DNA of 64,000 bases from Candidatus Micrarchaeota archaeon. Its GTDB lineage: Archaea > Micrarchaeota > Micrarchaeia > Anstonellales > Anstonellaceae. Both the position numbers and the translations under genes were made by a program. The stretch is from assembly GCA_021814005.1 (NCBI GenBank), contig JAKAJC010000004.1:230-64229 (forward strand), read 5' to 3'. Of this stretch, positions 43,667 to 53,868 are shown in pieces. Numbering within the stretch: position 1 is the first letter of the stretch; each line of letters begins with the position of its first letter. The notes under the pieces were generated by a model. That model saw only the letters and a list, made by a program, of their open reading frames with translations. It was not told where the DNA came from and did no database searches.

Positions 43667-45046
43667 GTGTACTCCAACCAGATAGAGCCGGTCCTCAAGT
43701 CGGCAGGAATCAAAATCGGTGAGCGCCTCCGCTATGAGCGCGAGGGCTGGTCAATCGAGGGACTTCTCATGCCGCGCCCCGATGTCGGCGACCCGGACTG
43801 CATTGTGCTCAAGCTGTCGTCAGGCTACAACATCGGCCTCTGCATGGAGGGCGCGAAAATAGAGAAAATCAAAGGCGAGGCGGTCAGCATTGCAGGCAGG
43901 GGCGGCTCAAAAGAGAGTGTTTCGGCACCCGCCCAATCCTCCCCATCACCTCATCGCCCCCATATTTTCCTTCTTTCAACCGGCGGCACCATCACATCCA
44001 AAGTCGACTATGTCACCGGCGCTGTTCATCCTGTCATGGATGCCGAGCAGCTGCTCTCCACCTACCCCCGCCTTGCACCCTTGGGCCCTTTCAAATCTGT
44101 TTCACTCATGCGCATCCTGTCCGAGGACATGCACCCGTTGCGCTGGACCACTCTGGCGCGCGGTGTTGCGGACGCGCTTCGCGATGGCTCGGAAGGCATT
44201 GTGATAACCCATGGCACAGACACCATGGGCTATTCTGCAGCCGCCCTCTCATTCGCCCTCCAAAATCTGCCAGTTCCTGTGCTGCTCACAGGCGCGCAGC
44301 GCTCGCCCGACCGAGGCTCGTCAGATGCGGGCGACAATTTATTCTGCGCAGCAGCCGCGGCCCGCGCCAATTTTGCCGGAGTGGGTTTGTGCATGCCCAC
44401 CGAACCTGCCGGCGGCCGCTGCAATCTTCATCTCGGCACGCGCGTGCGCAAATGCCACACATCAGCCCGCTGGGCTTTCCGCTCAATCGGCGCGCAGCCG
44501 TTCGGCACAGTGGATATGCGCACAGGCGATGTGCGCCTCGAGCCGAATTCACCCGTCGCGGCCCGCGACCATTCGCGCAGTCTTCACATGAGTGAGAAAT
44601 TCTCGGAAAATGTTCATCTTGCATGGGTGTATCCCGGCCTCACGCCCAAAACAGTTTCCTCGTGGGCTGATTATGATGGCGTGGTGCTGGCAGCCACCGG
44701 CCTTGGCAACGCTCCTGTTTCTGCAGACGAGCCAAACTCGCCCCGCTCCGTGCTTCCCGCCATTCGCGAGCTTGTAGAGTCCGGAGTTATAGTTGCCATT
44801 GCCCCGCAAACACTGGAGGGGCGCATCAACATGGATGTTTATTCGGCCGGCCGCCTGCTGCACGAGGCCGGTGTAATCGGACAGGGGGCCGACTGGCTGC
44901 CCGAAACAGCCTATGCCAAATTGTGCTGGGCTCTGGGGCAGGGCCATGATGCAGCACTTGTGAAAAAACTTATGATGACTCCAATCGCAGGCGACATCAC
45001 CCCGCGCTCGGGCGCGCCTGATGGCCTCGGGCAGCAGACAATCTGA
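43667..45046 (+). CDS. gatD: Glutamyl-tRNA(Gln) amidotransferase subunit D
   Basis: Asparaginase-like core with LSTGGTITSK and HGTDTM motifs plus the archaeal GatD N-terminal domain. GatE is directly downstream. Confidence 0.85.
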   Translation: MYSNQIEPVLKSAGIKIGERLRYEREGWSIEGLLMPRPDVGDPDCIVLKLSSGYNIGLCMEGAKIEKIKGEAVSIAGRGGSKESVSAPAQSSPSPHRPHIFLLSTGGTITSKVDYVTGAVHPVMDAEQLLSTYPRLAPLGPFKSVSLMRILSEDMHPLRWTTLARGVADALRDGSEGIVITHGTDTMGYSAAALSFALQNLPVPVLLTGAQRSPDRGSSDAGDNLFCAAAAARANFAGVGLCMPTEPAGGRCNLHLGTRVRKCHTSARWAFRSIGAQPFGTVDMRTGDVRLEPNSPVAARDHSRSLHMSEKFSENVHLAWVYPGLTPKTVSSWADYDGVVLAATGLGNAPVSADEPNSPRSVLPAIRELVESGVIVAIAPQTLEGRINMDVYSAGRLLHEAGVIGQGADWLPETAYAKLCWALGQGHDAALVKKLMMTPIAGDITPRSGAPDGLGQQTI

Positions 45047-45057
45047 TTTTTTGGGTT

Positions 45058-46905
45058 TTGTTTATGGAAGAACTCACCTGCGGACTGGAAATTCACCAGC
45101 GCCTGGCGGGGCGCAAACTGTTCTGCTCCTGCCCCTGCCCCTCTCCTGACGAGGCGGTGCCAGCAGACGCTCCCCATCTTGTCCGCCGCATGTCACTGGC
45201 TGTGGGCGAATTGGGCGGAGTGGACAAGGCGGCAGCATTTGCAGTGGCCCAAGGCCGTGAAATTGACTACACCCTTCCTCCGGCATTCACCTGCCTTGTT
45301 GATGCAGACGAGGAGCCGCCCCACGAAATCAACCCCCAGAGCCTTGCCGCCGTTCTTACTCTTGCGCGCGCCTGCGGCTCAAACATTTCAGGCGAAGTGC
45401 AGGTGATGCGCAAAACAATTTTGGACGGCTCGGCAGTCACCGGCTTTCAGCGCACCTCACTGGTCGCCCTCGGCGGCAGCATCCCCTCTCCTAAGGGCGG
45501 CAAGCCGATTGCATTGCAAACCATTTGCATTGAAGAGGAAAGCGCAGGCATTCTGCCACCAATCGCGGGGCGCACATCTTTCCGCCTCGACCGCCTCGGC
45601 ATTCCGCTCATTGAAATCGCAACCGACCCGGTCTTTCATTCCGCGCAAGAGGCATTGGAGGGCGCAGAAGCAATCGGCCTCTTTTTGCGCATGCTGCCCC
45701 AAGTGATGCGAGGCTTGGGCACCATCCGCCAAGACGTCAACATTTCAATTCCGCACGGCGCGCGCGTGGAAATCAAGGGCATGCAGGAATTGCGCATGCT
45801 GCCTGTTCTTATTGAAAATGAAGTGACAAGACAAAAGGCACTCTTGGAAATAATCTCGGAATTGAAGAAGAGGGGCATCGGATTTGGCGTGAGCGAAAAA
45901 GAGAAAAAAGAAAAAAATGCCGAACACTTGTGGCTCGACGTCACACCCATCTTCGCGCATTCCACCTGCAAGGTGGTGAGCCGCGCTCTTGCTTCTGGCG
46001 GAGTTGTTCTTGCTGCGCGCCTGGCAGGTTATGCCGGCCTTTTGGGCCGCGCAACAGGCCCCAACAAACGTTTTGGCACCGAATTGTCTGATTACGCGAA
46101 AATGGCCGGCGGCGTGCACGGGCTTATTCATTCTGACGAAGACATGCAGAAATATGGGTTTGCGCCCGAAGAGCTGGCAAACCTTCACAAGGCCCTTCAC
46201 CTCGAAAAAGAGGATGCGTTCATTCTCATCGCAGATGCGCGCCAAAAGGCCGAGCCAGCCATTGTCGCAGCCATATCGCGCGCGGGCCGCCTTGAAATTC
46301 CGGGCGAAACGCGCAGGGCGAACGAGGACGGCACCTCATCTTTCATGCGCCCTCTTGCAGGCGCGCACCGCATGTATCCCGAAACGGACGTGCGGCCCAT
46401 TCGCATTACTGAAGAAATGCTGGCAAACCTGCCAAAGCTGGAAACTCCCGCCGCCCGCCGCTCGCGTCTGGTTTCCATCCTCGGTCCAGAGCTTGGCGAG
46501 CAGATGATGGGTTCATCCAATTTCGCAGACTTTGAAAAATTGACTGCCGGCGGAAATGTTGATGCAAAGCTTGCCGCAGTAACATTGGAGCAGACAATTG
46601 TTTCGCTGCGAAGAGAAGGCGTTGCGGTGGAAAAAATTTCTCTCGATTCAATCTCTCAATTGCTCGAAATGGCCACTTTAGGCCAAATAACAAAGGCAGT
46701 AATTCCCGAAGTGCTCAAAGAACTGGCAAAAACTACTGGCGCCAAACCCGAAGCAGTCATCGCATCGCACAGCTGGAACCGCCTGTCCGGCCCAGCGCTC
46801 GCGCAGGCATGGGCAGCATCCGGGGGCGACATGCGCGCCTTCATGGCCAAAAACCGCCTTGTTGTCGACGGCTCGGACGTAGCGGCGCTTATGAAAAAGA
46901 AATAG
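45058..46905 (+). CDS. gatE: Glutamyl-tRNA(Gln) amidotransferase subunit E
   Basis: The N-terminus LTCGLEIHQRL...KLFCSC is typical of GatE. It is 615 aa and adjacent to gatD. Confidence 0.85.
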   Translation: MFMEELTCGLEIHQRLAGRKLFCSCPCPSPDEAVPADAPHLVRRMSLAVGELGGVDKAAAFAVAQGREIDYTLPPAFTCLVDADEEPPHEINPQSLAAVLTLARACGSNISGEVQVMRKTILDGSAVTGFQRTSLVALGGSIPSPKGGKPIALQTICIEEESAGILPPIAGRTSFRLDRLGIPLIEIATDPVFHSAQEALEGAEAIGLFLRMLPQVMRGLGTIRQDVNISIPHGARVEIKGMQELRMLPVLIENEVTRQKALLEIISELKKRGIGFGVSEKEKKEKNAEHLWLDVTPIFAHSTCKVVSRALASGGVVLAARLAGYAGLLGRATGPNKRFGTELSDYAKMAGGVHGLIHSDEDMQKYGFAPEELANLHKALHLEKEDAFILIADARQKAEPAIVAAISRAGRLEIPGETRRANEDGTSSFMRPLAGAHRMYPETDVRPIRITEEMLANLPKLETPAARRSRLVSILGPELGEQMMGSSNFADFEKLTAGGNVDAKLAAVTLEQTIVSLRREGVAVEKISLDSISQLLEMATLGQITKAVIPEVLKELAKTTGAKPEAVIASHSWNRLSGPALAQAWAASGGDMRAFMAKNRLVVDGSDVAALMKKK

Positions 46906-46991
46906 ACGCTTTTTGAAATCCGACTTCCCGCCATTTTGTCAAAACCTCTTTTATCGGAACCTTTTTCTTCTTCGCCGCCCGAATTCATTTC

Positions 46992-48506
46992 GTGCCAGAA
47001 GAGCTGCTTTCCCCCGTTTCCTTGGCCGGCGCCGCCCAATTCAAGCTTGGGCTTGAGCATTTCCCGCACACCTCTCTCGACCCGCAAGTGAGCGCCAAGC
47101 TTTCCGAGCTATTGCCTCTCGTGCACGGAAAAGACGCCCAGTATCAGCAATACTTCCAGCGCCAGATGGAGCGTTACCTGAATTCAACAAATTCGGCTCC
47201 GGTCTCTGAGCAGCTTCGCGCGCTTTCGGAAATCCAGCAGATATGCGCGAAGCAGCCCTCTCTGGAACTCGGGGCTGTTCTCGCGCTCTATCAGGCGGTG
47301 TCCGGCGCCCCGGCAGGACCGTCTCTCGGCCCAGAGCAGAAGGCCGAAAAGATTTTGCAGATGCAGGCGGTCCTCGGCCAAAATTACGGCATCAACGGCG
47401 CCCGCTGGTGCTCCATTCCGCCCGAATACCTCGCTTCCACCTACGAGAATCATTTCAAGCCAGACAAGAAGGGGCTCACACTGGTGATAGTCTCCCCCGA
47501 GGCGGGCGACATCCAATCAACCGACATGGTCGGCATGGGCCTTTTCGGCATCCTGCGCCCGTCACTGGCCGCATCTGATGTCATAGTGTGCGTGGCGCAT
47601 GACGACTCGGAAGTCGGCCGCCGCGTGCTGGGCCGCGGGACGCTCACCGAGGTTCCCGACGCGCAGAAAGCGGGGGCATATTCGGACGCCTTCGTAGTCT
47701 CGCATGCGCGGGCGGAAGGCCTGCTCATCGGCCAGCTGCCCGACTCATATTCCCCCGAGCAGTTCGGCTCGGCATATTCCTCCATCGACAGCAAGGTGTT
47801 CGACCCGGGCGATTACACAAAATTCCCGGCAACCCGTGCGCGTGCGTGGTCCGGCATGTTCAGCCCGGACGCCGGCATCTATCTCATCGCCTGCTCGGCC
47901 GGAGGCATTGCGAACACCCCGATTCCGCACATCGAGTCATTCGGCAACGTTGCGCGCTTTCTCGCCGCCCTCTCAGACCGGCCGGTTCATGCCTCCGCCA
48001 TTCCAATGGACGCCACCACAAAAGTGACGCGCCGGCCCGACGGCCACTATGCAATGTCCTTTGTCAAGGACGGCATCGAACGCGTCGCGGTCTTCACGGC
48101 GCCCCATCTCGAAGCATTCCCTATCAAAAACGAAATGCTTATGGCGGACAACAGCCAGACAAAAACCGGCCCGTTCATTGGCATCGAGCAGGAATATTCG
48201 AAGATAAAGTCGGCCATCTCAGACCTGCTGGCATATCGGAACTTCGGCCTTCACGTGTCAAAGAACGGCATCGCCCGGGCATATGCGTCTTCCCGAACGC
48301 GGGAAATCCGCTTATGCGACCCGCAGGGGGCCGTCCTCTCGTCAGAAACTGTCAAGTCCGAAGGCGGCATCCTCGCCGTGCCGGCTGGCCTGCCGGACGG
48401 CGTCTATCGGCTGGTGTTCGAGCCGAAGAATCCATCCGCCAAAACACCCACTCTGGATTTCGCAATAATCGACGGCAAATTCTATGCGGGAGGCAAGAGG
48501 AAATAG
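46992..48506 (+). CDS. Hypothetical protein (504 aa)
   Basis: Long ORF starting at GTG. No TM segments and no motif I can name. Confidence 0.5.
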   Translation: MPEELLSPVSLAGAAQFKLGLEHFPHTSLDPQVSAKLSELLPLVHGKDAQYQQYFQRQMERYLNSTNSAPVSEQLRALSEIQQICAKQPSLELGAVLALYQAVSGAPAGPSLGPEQKAEKILQMQAVLGQNYGINGARWCSIPPEYLASTYENHFKPDKKGLTLVIVSPEAGDIQSTDMVGMGLFGILRPSLAASDVIVCVAHDDSEVGRRVLGRGTLTEVPDAQKAGAYSDAFVVSHARAEGLLIGQLPDSYSPEQFGSAYSSIDSKVFDPGDYTKFPATRARAWSGMFSPDAGIYLIACSAGGIANTPIPHIESFGNVARFLAALSDRPVHASAIPMDATTKVTRRPDGHYAMSFVKDGIERVAVFTAPHLEAFPIKNEMLMADNSQTKTGPFIGIEQEYSKIKSAISDLLAYRNFGLHVSKNGIARAYASSRTREIRLCDPQGAVLSSETVKSEGGILAVPAGLPDGVYRLVFEPKNPSAKTPTLDFAIIDGKFYAGGKRK

Positions 48507-48567
48507 CTGGCAGCGGAAAGCAGCCCCCTCCAAAATCAGTTAAGGCCCGCCCGCCCTCTTTCTCCCT

Positions 48568-48792
48568 ATGGTTCTTTTGCTCAAGCACCACGCGCTTCTC
48601 TGCCCCTCCTGCGGGCAGGTGCAGTCCAGTTCAGCCAAAACGCGGGCGAAATGCCTCTCATGCAACCATTCATGGGCTCTTTCGCAAAAAGGCATGTCTA
48701 TCGGCGTGCTGGGCTCCTATTGGCGGCCGGCAGAAGCCGGCGCGCATGTAAAAATGGCAAAAGAAGCAAGAGCCGGCGCGCAGTGCGGATAA
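48568..48792 (+). CDS. Small zinc-ribbon protein (74 aa)
   Basis: CPSCG...CLSCNH is a two-CxxC zinc ribbon. It is isolated and has a basic C-terminus. Confidence 0.4.
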   Translation: MVLLLKHHALLCPSCGQVQSSSAKTRAKCLSCNHSWALSQKGMSIGVLGSYWRPAEAGAHVKMAKEARAGAQCG

Positions 48793-48828
48793 TTGGTCGG
48801 GAGCGTGCCGAGGCGCACGGCTGATTAA

Positions 48829-49650
48829 TTATTCTTTTCTGCTCGGCTGCAAATAGTTCTGGTCTTCAAGATGCTTTTTCTTTCCATGCCACAAAATGTC
48901 AAGCCGCTGCCTTGAATATTCCAGATAGTGCCTGTCTTCGGAATGCACTTCCAAAGTGATTGTGCCGTCGTATTTCTCCTTTAGCGCGGCAACTGTTTTC
49001 TCCACATCAATCTTGCCGGCGCCAAGAGGCAGATGGTCATCGGTCTGCCCCATGTTGTCGTGCAGATGCACGTGCCTTATGCGGGGGGCGAAATGCTTGA
49101 GATAGGTTTCCAGCCCCTCGCCTTTTGCCGTGTTGGCATGGCCGACGTCAAACGTCATGCCCATGTCAACTTCGGAAAAGAGGCGGGTGAATTCGCGCAC
49201 TGAAAATGACTTGGAATCCAGATTCTCAATCAGCAGGTCAAGCCCCATGTTCATTGCTTCCTTGTGCAAAGTCTTGAGGCTGCGAATGGTTCCGTCCACG
49301 TGTGACTCGCGGCTCTGAATCGAGGGCGAAAGCGTCTCGGTGTGAAGCGTGATTTTCTTTGCGCCCAAAAGCGCGGCAATGCGGAAAGCGGAAATGAATT
49401 CTGTGTGGGTGGCCTTCTCAATGCGCTCGTAGGGGTTGGCAAGCGAAAAATACCACGGCAAATGCGTGACAATCCCCAAATTGTAGGTGGAAAGCGCGTC
49501 CAGTATGTCTTTCTTGTTTTTCTCGATAAATTCGGGCCGCGCATGCGGATGTTCAATCGTTATCTCGGCATAATCAAAATTCATTTCGCCGAAAAGCATG
49601 AGCTCCTCGATAAGCTTCTTGTGTGGGTTGTTCATTGCGCCGATAATCAT
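48829..49650 (-). CDS. Sugar phosphate isomerase/epimerase (xylose isomerase-like TIM barrel) family protein
   Basis: The pattern of His/Asp/Glu metal ligands (HxH...D...E...H...D...E) fits the AP-endonuclease-2/xylose-isomerase TIM-barrel fold. Start taken at MIIGAMNN; the track's N-terminal extension is rejected. Confidence 0.55.
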   Translation of the reverse strand: MIIGAMNNPHKKLIEELMLFGEMNFDYAEITIEHPHARPEFIEKNKKDILDALSTYNLGIVTHLPWYFSLANPYERIEKATHTEFISAFRIAALLGAKKITLHTETLSPSIQSRESHVDGTIRSLKTLHKEAMNMGLDLLIENLDSKSFSVREFTRLFSEVDMGMTFDVGHANTAKGEGLETYLKHFAPRIRHVHLHDNMGQTDDHLPLGAGKIDVEKTVAALKEKYDGTITLEVHSEDRHYLEYSRQRLDILWHGKKKHLEDQNYLQPSRKE

Positions 49651-49867
49651 GAACAGAGTTGGCCTACAAGAGGATAAAAAGAAGACGGGTAAGGGGGGCG
49701 GGCGGCTCTTCTTTTCCAAACCCGCCCGTTTCTTGGCCGCCTTATTCGCCATATTTAAATAGTTGTTTAGAAATGTAAAAACGTGAAGCGCATCCCCTAT
49801 ACTTTAAATACACTCATTCTCAATTATCCACTTACTTTCGTTCTAATCCATTGAACATATAGGTGAC

Positions 49868-50266
49868 TTGATGTCTGGCGAGAAACTGTTCTCAGAAGCC
49901 AAAGAGCTCAAAGAAGGAAAATACATCCTTATCGACGACATACCCTGCCGCGTGGTGGGCATCGACACGTCGAAACCCGGCAAGCACGGCGCAGCCAAGA
50001 TGCGCGTGACGGCCATCGGCGTGTTCGACGGCCAGAAGAAGCAGTGGCTGGGCCCGTCCGACCAGGATGTCGAGGTTCCGGTCATCGACCGCGGCAACGC
50101 GCAAATCGTGTCGCTCAACGGCAAGGTCGCGCAGCTGATGGACACCGTCACATTCGAAACATTCGAGCTTGAAGTGCCCGAAGAAATGCTGAAGGATGCG
50201 GCGCCCGGCAAGGAAGTCGAGCTGCTGTCCGCAATGGGCCGCCGCGCGATTCAGCGCATCCGCTAA
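49868..50266 (+). CDS. eif5a: Translation initiation factor 5A (aIF-5A)
   Basis: The hypusination loop is STSKPGKHGAAK. It is 132 aa. An AGGTGA SD lies upstream. Confidence 0.85.
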   Translation: MMSGEKLFSEAKELKEGKYILIDDIPCRVVGIDTSKPGKHGAAKMRVTAIGVFDGQKKQWLGPSDQDVEVPVIDRGNAQIVSLNGKVAQLMDTVTFETFELEVPEEMLKDAAPGKEVELLSAMGRRAIQRIR

Positions 50267-50303
50267 ACAAAAAATCTGTTCCGTTCTTTAGGAGGTAATA
50301 TTT

Positions 50304-50633
50304 GTGAACATCTCAATTGATTCCAAAAACACCAACGCGCTCTTAGGCCGCACCGACGTGAAGTTCTCCATCGAGTTCGAGGGCGGCGTTCCGTCGCGAA
50401 AAGCAGTGCGCGAGGCGCTCGCAGCCGCGCTCTCGGTTCCGGCTGAGCGCATAGTCGTGGTTCGCCTGGACAGCTCGTTCGGCGTGCACACCTTGAGAGG
50501 CATTTCCCACCTTTATCAGACTCCCGAGGCCGCGCTCAAAAACGAGAAAAAGCACCTTCTCATCCGCGACGGCCTTGCTGTCAAGGAAGAGAAAAAGAAA
50601 GAGGAGAAAAAGGCCGCTCCGGCCAAGAAGTAG
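50304..50633 (+). CDS. rps24e: 30S ribosomal protein S24e
   Basis: The N-terminus NALLGRTDVKFSIEFEG resembles S24e. It has a Lys-rich tail and a GGAGGT SD. It is adjacent to S27ae as in many archaea. Confidence 0.8.
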   Translation: MNISIDSKNTNALLGRTDVKFSIEFEGGVPSRKAVREALAAALSVPAERIVVVRLDSSFGVHTLRGISHLYQTPEAALKNEKKHLLIRDGLAVKEEKKKEEKKAAPAKK

Positions 50634-50664
50634 GTAAAAACCAAATTATTTTGATGTGATTTTC

Positions 50665-50817
50665 ATGGCAGACGAAAAGAAAGCACCCGCAAAAAAGAAA
50701 TCGTTCAAGCCCTACAAGGCCGGCAAGTCCTGCCCCAAGTGCGGCTCAGGCATCCGCCTCGCCGACCACAAGGACCGCCGCTCCTGCGGCAAGTGCGGCT
50801 ACTTCGAGAAAAAATAA
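50665..50817 (+). CDS. rps27ae: 30S ribosomal protein S27ae (zinc-binding), 50 aa. It is not in the ORF track because it is under 60 aa.
   Basis: My translation is [50 protein letters not shown]. This is a C4 zinc ribbon directly after S24e. Confidence 0.8.
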   Translation: MADEKKAPAKKKSFKPYKAGKSCPKCGSGIRLADHKDRRSCGKCGYFEKK

Positions 50818-50889
50818 ATTAAAAAGAAATAAAATAAAAAGAAAAATAAAATAAAAATACTTTTTGTCTTTTTTCGTTCTCTATTTTTT

Positions 50890-51153
50890 CTACGCCTTGT
50901 TATACGCCCAGGCGAAGACATAGGCAGCCGCGGCTCCGGCAACCGCGCCCCAGAGCAGGCCCGACACCCATGCCAGCGGGGTGAAGCCGTAGCCATAATA
51001 GCGGCCCATCATCCCATATCCCCAGCCGCCCATCATGGCGCCAAAGCCCATCAGGCCCATGCATATTGCGCCAATCAGCGCGCCGGCAAGCGCCATCTTG
51101 CGCTCATCAAGGCGCATTGCCGTCTTTGCGGGCATGTTTTGTTTTTTAGCCAT
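50890..51153 (-). CDS. Small Gly/Met/Tyr-rich membrane protein (87 aa)
   Basis: Two hydrophobic helices with a GMMGGWGYGMMGRYYGYG linker. The ORF fills the gap before kae1. Confidence 0.4.
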   Translation of the reverse strand: MAKKQNMPAKTAMRLDERKMALAGALIGAICMGLMGFGAMMGGWGYGMMGRYYGYGFTPLAWVSGLLWGAVAGAAAAYVFAWAYNKA

Positions 51154-51174
51154 TTTCTCACCCCTCTTTCCATC

Positions 51175-52173
51175 TCAAACAATCTGGTCTATTCTCCATT
51201 TCTGTTCATACCACATTTTTTCCGGCAGAATAGCGGCCTCTTTGCCTTTGCGCTCCATTTCGCGCGCGCCTAAAAGCGCAATCATGCCGCCGTTGTCTGC
51301 ATTATACTGGTTTTCACACGTCGAGCATTTTGCATTGTGCAAACCAGCCATTGCCTTCATCTTGTCCATAAGCACGGTGTTCTGCGCCACGCCGCCGCAG
51401 ACAACAACCTCTTCCTTGTTTGTCATCAACAGCGCCCTCTCGCTCGCCTCACACAATTCCGCGAAAGCGGTTTCCATCAATGAATAGCACAAGTCATTTG
51501 CCTCGATTTTTCCAACTCTTTTCGAGGCATAAGTCAAGAGGCCAGAAAAGGCGAAATTCATCCCCTTCACGGTGTAGGGCAGCTCATGATAATTTTTGCC
51601 CACCATCGCCATTTTTGCCACAACCGAGCCGTGGGCAAATTCCAAGCCCAGCTCGCGGGCAAACGCGTCAAACAAATTTCCGATGCCTATGTCCAGAGTT
51701 TCGCCAAGAACAGTAAATGGCGGGCCGTAAATTTTGCCTTTTTTCGTGCCTGTCAATATTTGTGTGTTCCCGCCGCTGACATAAAGCACGAGCGGGTCAT
51801 CAAATCCAGACTGCCAGCGCGCGGCCTCAATGTGCGCAGGCCCGTGATGCACTGGGATAAGCGGCTTGTGGTGCAGTCCTGCCAAAAAGGCGGCCGAACT
51901 CGCTCCAATCTGCAGGCAGGGGCCCAAGCCCGGACCTGCTGCATAAGAAATCGCATCAATGTCTTGCCAGCTGCTTTTGCTTTGCTCAAGCGCCTGTCTG
52001 ATTATTTCCTGCGCATGCTCCCGATGATGCTCTGCCGCCACAATAGGAACAATGCCCTGCCCTGCAGGCGATTTGTAAAATGCCTTCGGGTTTGCGAGCA
52101 TGGCGTCTGCTGTCGAATCAAATACGCCAACCCCGAATGTGTGGGCAGTGGATTCTATTCCAAGCACTCGCAT
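51175..52173 (-). CDS. kae1: tRNA N6-adenosine threonylcarbamoyltransferase Kae1 (KEOPS catalytic subunit)
   Basis: The N-terminus MRVLGIESTAHTFGVGV is a canonical Kae1/TsaD sequence. Confidence 0.85.
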   Translation of the reverse strand: MRVLGIESTAHTFGVGVFDSTADAMLANPKAFYKSPAGQGIVPIVAAEHHREHAQEIIRQALEQSKSSWQDIDAISYAAGPGLGPCLQIGASSAAFLAGLHHKPLIPVHHGPAHIEAARWQSGFDDPLVLYVSGGNTQILTGTKKGKIYGPPFTVLGETLDIGIGNLFDAFARELGLEFAHGSVVAKMAMVGKNYHELPYTVKGMNFAFSGLLTYASKRVGKIEANDLCYSLMETAFAELCEASERALLMTNKEEVVVCGGVAQNTVLMDKMKAMAGLHNAKCSTCENQYNADNGGMIALLGAREMERKGKEAAILPEKMWYEQKWRIDQIV

Positions 52174-52203
52174 AATCAATTTTGGCCAAAGGGGGCTTAT
52201 TAA

Positions 52204-52740
52204 TCAATTCGCAAACGAGCCGAGGCAGCCGCCCTGCGAGATAGTGTTGTTTATTTTGCCGCATGCCGTCCGGCAGGCGTCCTTGTCCAAAACAAGGATA
52301 TTTTCATTGCACGTCTTGACGCACTCCTGTCCGAACTTGTCTCCCAAATCGGGCGCAGCGCCGATTATGCGCCGCTCTCCGACAAGAGAAGCGTAAATCA
52401 CAATATTTTGCTCATCTAAAGGCAGGCCGTAGCGTATGGTGGAGTTGGCAAAATAGGCCCACCCCTCGCGCCTCACCGAGCGCACCGCTATTTCGGTTTT
52501 GTTTATGCCGCGAATAAGATAAGATGAAATCAGTTTCGCATATGTATCTGACTGGTTCGGGGCGTCATATGGCGCGAGCCGGTCAATGAGGCAGTTTTTT
52601 GTTTTGTTGAATTCGCCTTTCACTCCCGCGCGCAGCGCATCTTCACTAAAGGCAGTGTACATCAAAACTTCGGCAACAAGAAAAACTAAGACTAGAATTA
52701 TGGTCAAAACAACAAGCCAGCGGGGGATATGTTCAAGCAT
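52204..52740 (-). CDS. Hypothetical N-terminally membrane-anchored protein (178 aa) with a Cys-containing extracytoplasmic domain
   Basis: One N-terminal TM (WLVVLTIILVLVFLVAEVLMY), then a domain with 6 Cys and N-x-S/T sites. Confidence 0.45.
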   Translation of the reverse strand: MLEHIPRWLVVLTIILVLVFLVAEVLMYTAFSEDALRAGVKGEFNKTKNCLIDRLAPYDAPNQSDTYAKLISSYLIRGINKTEIAVRSVRREGWAYFANSTIRYGLPLDEQNIVIYASLVGERRIIGAAPDLGDKFGQECVKTCNENILVLDKDACRTACGKINNTISQGGCLGSFAN

Positions 52741-52757
52741 GCCGTCCCCCCGCGTCT

Positions 52758-53777
52758 TTACATCAAATTGATTTTTTTGCCGGCCTGCACAAGCGTCACG
52801 CCCTCCTCTTTGACCACGCGGCCGATTTGCCGGCTTTCCATTCCGCTCTTTTTCACGATTTTCATCACGCTTTCCGCCGCCGCCGGCTCGCAGGCAATCA
52901 CCATGCCGATGCCCATGTTGAATGTGCGGTAAGCTTCGCGCGCGTCTCCCATCTTTTTGTAAAGCTCTGCCATTACCCCCTGCGGCTTTGGCATATTGTC
53001 AAGCTCAAAACCGACAGAGGCGTGCGCGCCTATTCTTGCAAGCTTGGAAAACGCCCCGCCGGTTATGTGGGCAATGCCGTGAACAGAAGACGGGTGCGCC
53101 TTGAGCATTTCCAGCACCGGCTTGACATAAAGCGCGGTCGGCTCAAGCATCTCCTCGCCCCACTCGTCTGTTGAGAGAAGCTTTCGCGCGAGCGTGTATC
53201 CGTTTGAATGCAAACCCGAAGAGGCAAGGCCGACAAGCGCGTCCCCAGCCTTCATCTTCGCGCCAGTAATCGGCTCGCCGTTCAGCGTGCCGACAACAGT
53301 CATAGCCAAATCATAATCTGCGCGGGCCGGATTTTTCTTCACGTCCCCCTTTATCATGTCGGGCAATATTGCCGTCTCGCCGCCGATGAGCGCCACTCCG
53401 CTCTCGCGGCAGCCGGCCACGAGCCCGCGCATCACCTGCTCCACAAGAGCGTCGTCCAGCTTTGAGAGGGCCAGATAATCCACGCCCACAATTGGCGTCG
53501 AGCCCACGCAAACAATGTCGTTGGCGTTCATTGCCAGCGCGTCAATTCCAATCGTGTCATGCTTGTCAAGCGCCTGCGCAACAAGGATTTTCGAGCCCAC
53601 GCCGTCGCAGTGCATTGTCATCTTCTGCCCGCCCGCCTCAAACACTCCGGCATAATGGCCTGCCAGAAAGTGCGGGGTGTGCTTGTTGGATGTGGAGCCG
53701 ATGAGGGCGTTTATGCGCGCCTGAACCGCCTTGACCGCCCGAACATCCACTCCGCTGTCCGCATAAGTAGCTTTCAT
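52758..53777 (-). CDS. purM: Phosphoribosylformylglycinamidine cyclo-ligase (AIR synthase)
   Basis: ATYADSGVD..., the GLHSNGYTL region and the PurM-like N- and C-domains are present. Confidence 0.85.
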   Translation of the reverse strand: MKATYADSGVDVRAVKAVQARINALIGSTSNKHTPHFLAGHYAGVFEAGGQKMTMHCDGVGSKILVAQALDKHDTIGIDALAMNANDIVCVGSTPIVGVDYLALSKLDDALVEQVMRGLVAGCRESGVALIGGETAILPDMIKGDVKKNPARADYDLAMTVVGTLNGEPITGAKMKAGDALVGLASSGLHSNGYTLARKLLSTDEWGEEMLEPTALYVKPVLEMLKAHPSSVHGIAHITGGAFSKLARIGAHASVGFELDNMPKPQGVMAELYKKMGDAREAYRTFNMGIGMVIACEPAAAESVMKIVKKSGMESRQIGRVVKEEGVTLVQAGKKINLM

Positions 53778-53868
53778 GCATCTCACATGTAAGCAATCTT
53801 TAAAAACTCTAGACGGATGTGCTCTCTATCAGGACCTTTTACCTTAGGTTAGGTCTTGGGGTGAATCA

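Noticed and set aside
49651-49752. 34-aa N-terminal extension (MANKAAKKRAGLEKKSRPPPLPVFF...) of the sugar-phosphate isomerase ORF
   Set aside because: It is Lys/Pro-rich and lies in the AT-rich divergent promoter region shared with eif5a. TIM-barrel homologs start near MIIGAMNN.
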